NCBI GenBank assembly: GCA_965153455.1
Contig: OZ234493.1
Coordinates: 17,040,213-17,104,212 of the forward strand
DNA from: Sphagnum compactum
Lineage: Eukaryota
Direction: 5' to 3'
Length of the DNA stretch: 64,000 bases
The notes under the pieces are model-generated. The model made no database searches, was not told the origin of the DNA, and worked only from the letters and a program-made list of their open reading frames with translations. The position numbers and the translations under genes are program-made. Below, piece by piece: positions 62,310 through 64,000 of this stretch (positions are counted from its first letter, which is position 1; every line of letters begins with the position of its first letter).

Positions 62310-64000
62310 CTGCACCTCAGCACAACGGAAAAATTGCTCCTCCTCCTCCCCCCTCCTCCCTCCTCTTATCTCATTTTCACCTTTTTCAGAACTGTGCTGG
62401 CCTCAGGAGCTCTTGCATGCTCAAGCCGACAACAACGCAACCCTGTGTGGTCACAATCATGCACATCTTCATCATCATCAAAAGCCAACATTATATGCTC
62501 TTGCCCTGACGTGCGTGCCCAAGAGATAACAGAACTCTACTTCTAACACATCATACATTATGGCATGTATTAATTGCCCTGGCAACAGGCCATTTCCACC
62601 GTAACTTCAGTGATCAGTTGTTGCCGTGCACCGAAGCACGGTTTCAGATCCTCTGTTGCCGCATTGCCTGACAAAACCTAGCAAGCAAGCTACGCGATTT
62701 TTGCATCTACAAGCTCTTGGTTTTCTCGCCGTATCATGCTTGAGGGAAGAAAGAGAGATCTAACGTCACTGACCCGCTCCTCCACATATCGAAGCGCTTA
62801 TTCTGTCAAGATCACAACACCGACGCAACATAATCCAAAGCCAACCCTCACGCTCGTTAGCACTTTCGTCATTGGCTTCCCAATCCCGGCCGACGACTCG
62901 GGAAGTCACGCAGCAGGTGCCGATACTGTCCTAATGTTGCATACAAAATTGCAATCAATTGCCGATCTGGGAGGAGGGGGAGAAAAACAAGTCCGTTAAC
63001 CGTCTCTCCTTCAAAGCAAGACCAAAGGAAGCTACCTCCAGAAAGGAACTGGAGATAATAGACTTGTTCGCATTATCAGACACCGCTGCAAGCTTCCCAA
63101 AACACACCAAAAAAACACACTCTCTCAAAAACAAAAAAAACTCTCTCAGTACAAGGAAAGCAGTTCCAGACTCTTGGCTCAGAACATTGTCCACTAAACT
63201 TCCTTGCACAGAAAACCTATCCGGCTAGCAAGCCAGCGAGTAAAGGATGGAGGAGGCGCAAATACCAAAAAGACAACCGGAGTACGAAATCTCCGGTCCA
63301 TATGATTGCCGCTGATGACAATGTGCTTTTGCTCAAAGCAGCTCAGGAAACAGAAAGTCGGCAACAAAGTTTTTTTTTAGTAAATAAGAAGAAAAGTGAT
63401 GCAGAAAGGAAAGAGAATCCACAATACTATGCAATTCTTGTGGCCATAAAAACAATTCCTGAAAGAGAAATCGAGATGACCGCAAGAGACGCAAGGGAGA
63501 AGCTTCAGACTCTCGGAGTCTGGTGCTAGTCTCCGCTGCGTTCAAATAGGCAGACGAAGAAGAAGACCCGTGATGGCGAAGGACCGTGGACGCGGCGGGA
63601 GAGAAACCCGGTCTTACCGAACCTAGTTGATGCCGAGCCTTGTTTGCCGAACCTACTCGGTTTCACTGGGTAGTTTATTAGGGGCAGACAGGTGGGGCAG
63701 ACAGGTGGCGCGGACAGTACACACTATACACATGAAACTACCTGCCAGTAGGTTCGGGAACCTACCAAGGCAGTTGTTTTTTAATAGGAATTTTCTTTTG
63801 GACCCAAAGTGGCGATCTTTCATAGGAAGAATGAGAAAAACTGGGGATGGTCCCTAGGAATATTTAGCTAAATATGGCTACAAACTCAAATTTGAACATA
63901 TAAATCTTTGATCATCTTTGGCCACAGATTGGAAGACAATTCTAAGAATCCGGCGAGTTCTACCCCCTTTTTTTATTCCCTCAATTTTGAGGCTTGAAAA

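Overview
Eukaryotic, land-plant nuclear DNA: spliceosomal GT-AG introns, a plant LRR receptor kinase and AT-rich decayed transposons. The repeat and gene style suggests a bryophyte, possibly a Sphagnum-like moss (inference only). Main content: (1) a TIR- and TSD-bounded but decayed hAT transposon (5163-10823) whose transposase is interrupted by a group II intron maturase/RT fragment and a solo-LTR-like element; (2) an intact 3-exon LRR-XI RGI/RGFR-like receptor kinase (about 17714-21828, +) with an extra LRR-region intron filled by a 45-bp minisatellite; (3) an intron-containing, bacterial-GcvR-like two-ACT-domain gene with a probable mitochondrial presequence and an apparent 1-bp frameshift (33847-36977, +); (4) a decayed PDS5-like Tudor-domain 3' gene fragment; (5) an intact, intronless 653-aa multi-pass membrane ORF that I cannot assign to a family (44433-46394, -); (6) large decayed TE tracts, a perfect 40-bp-arm hairpin, and orphan CIPK-like and kinesin-like exons near the end. 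No rRNA, tRNA or CRISPR array was recognised. Exon boundaries and translations were read by eye and no database search was run.
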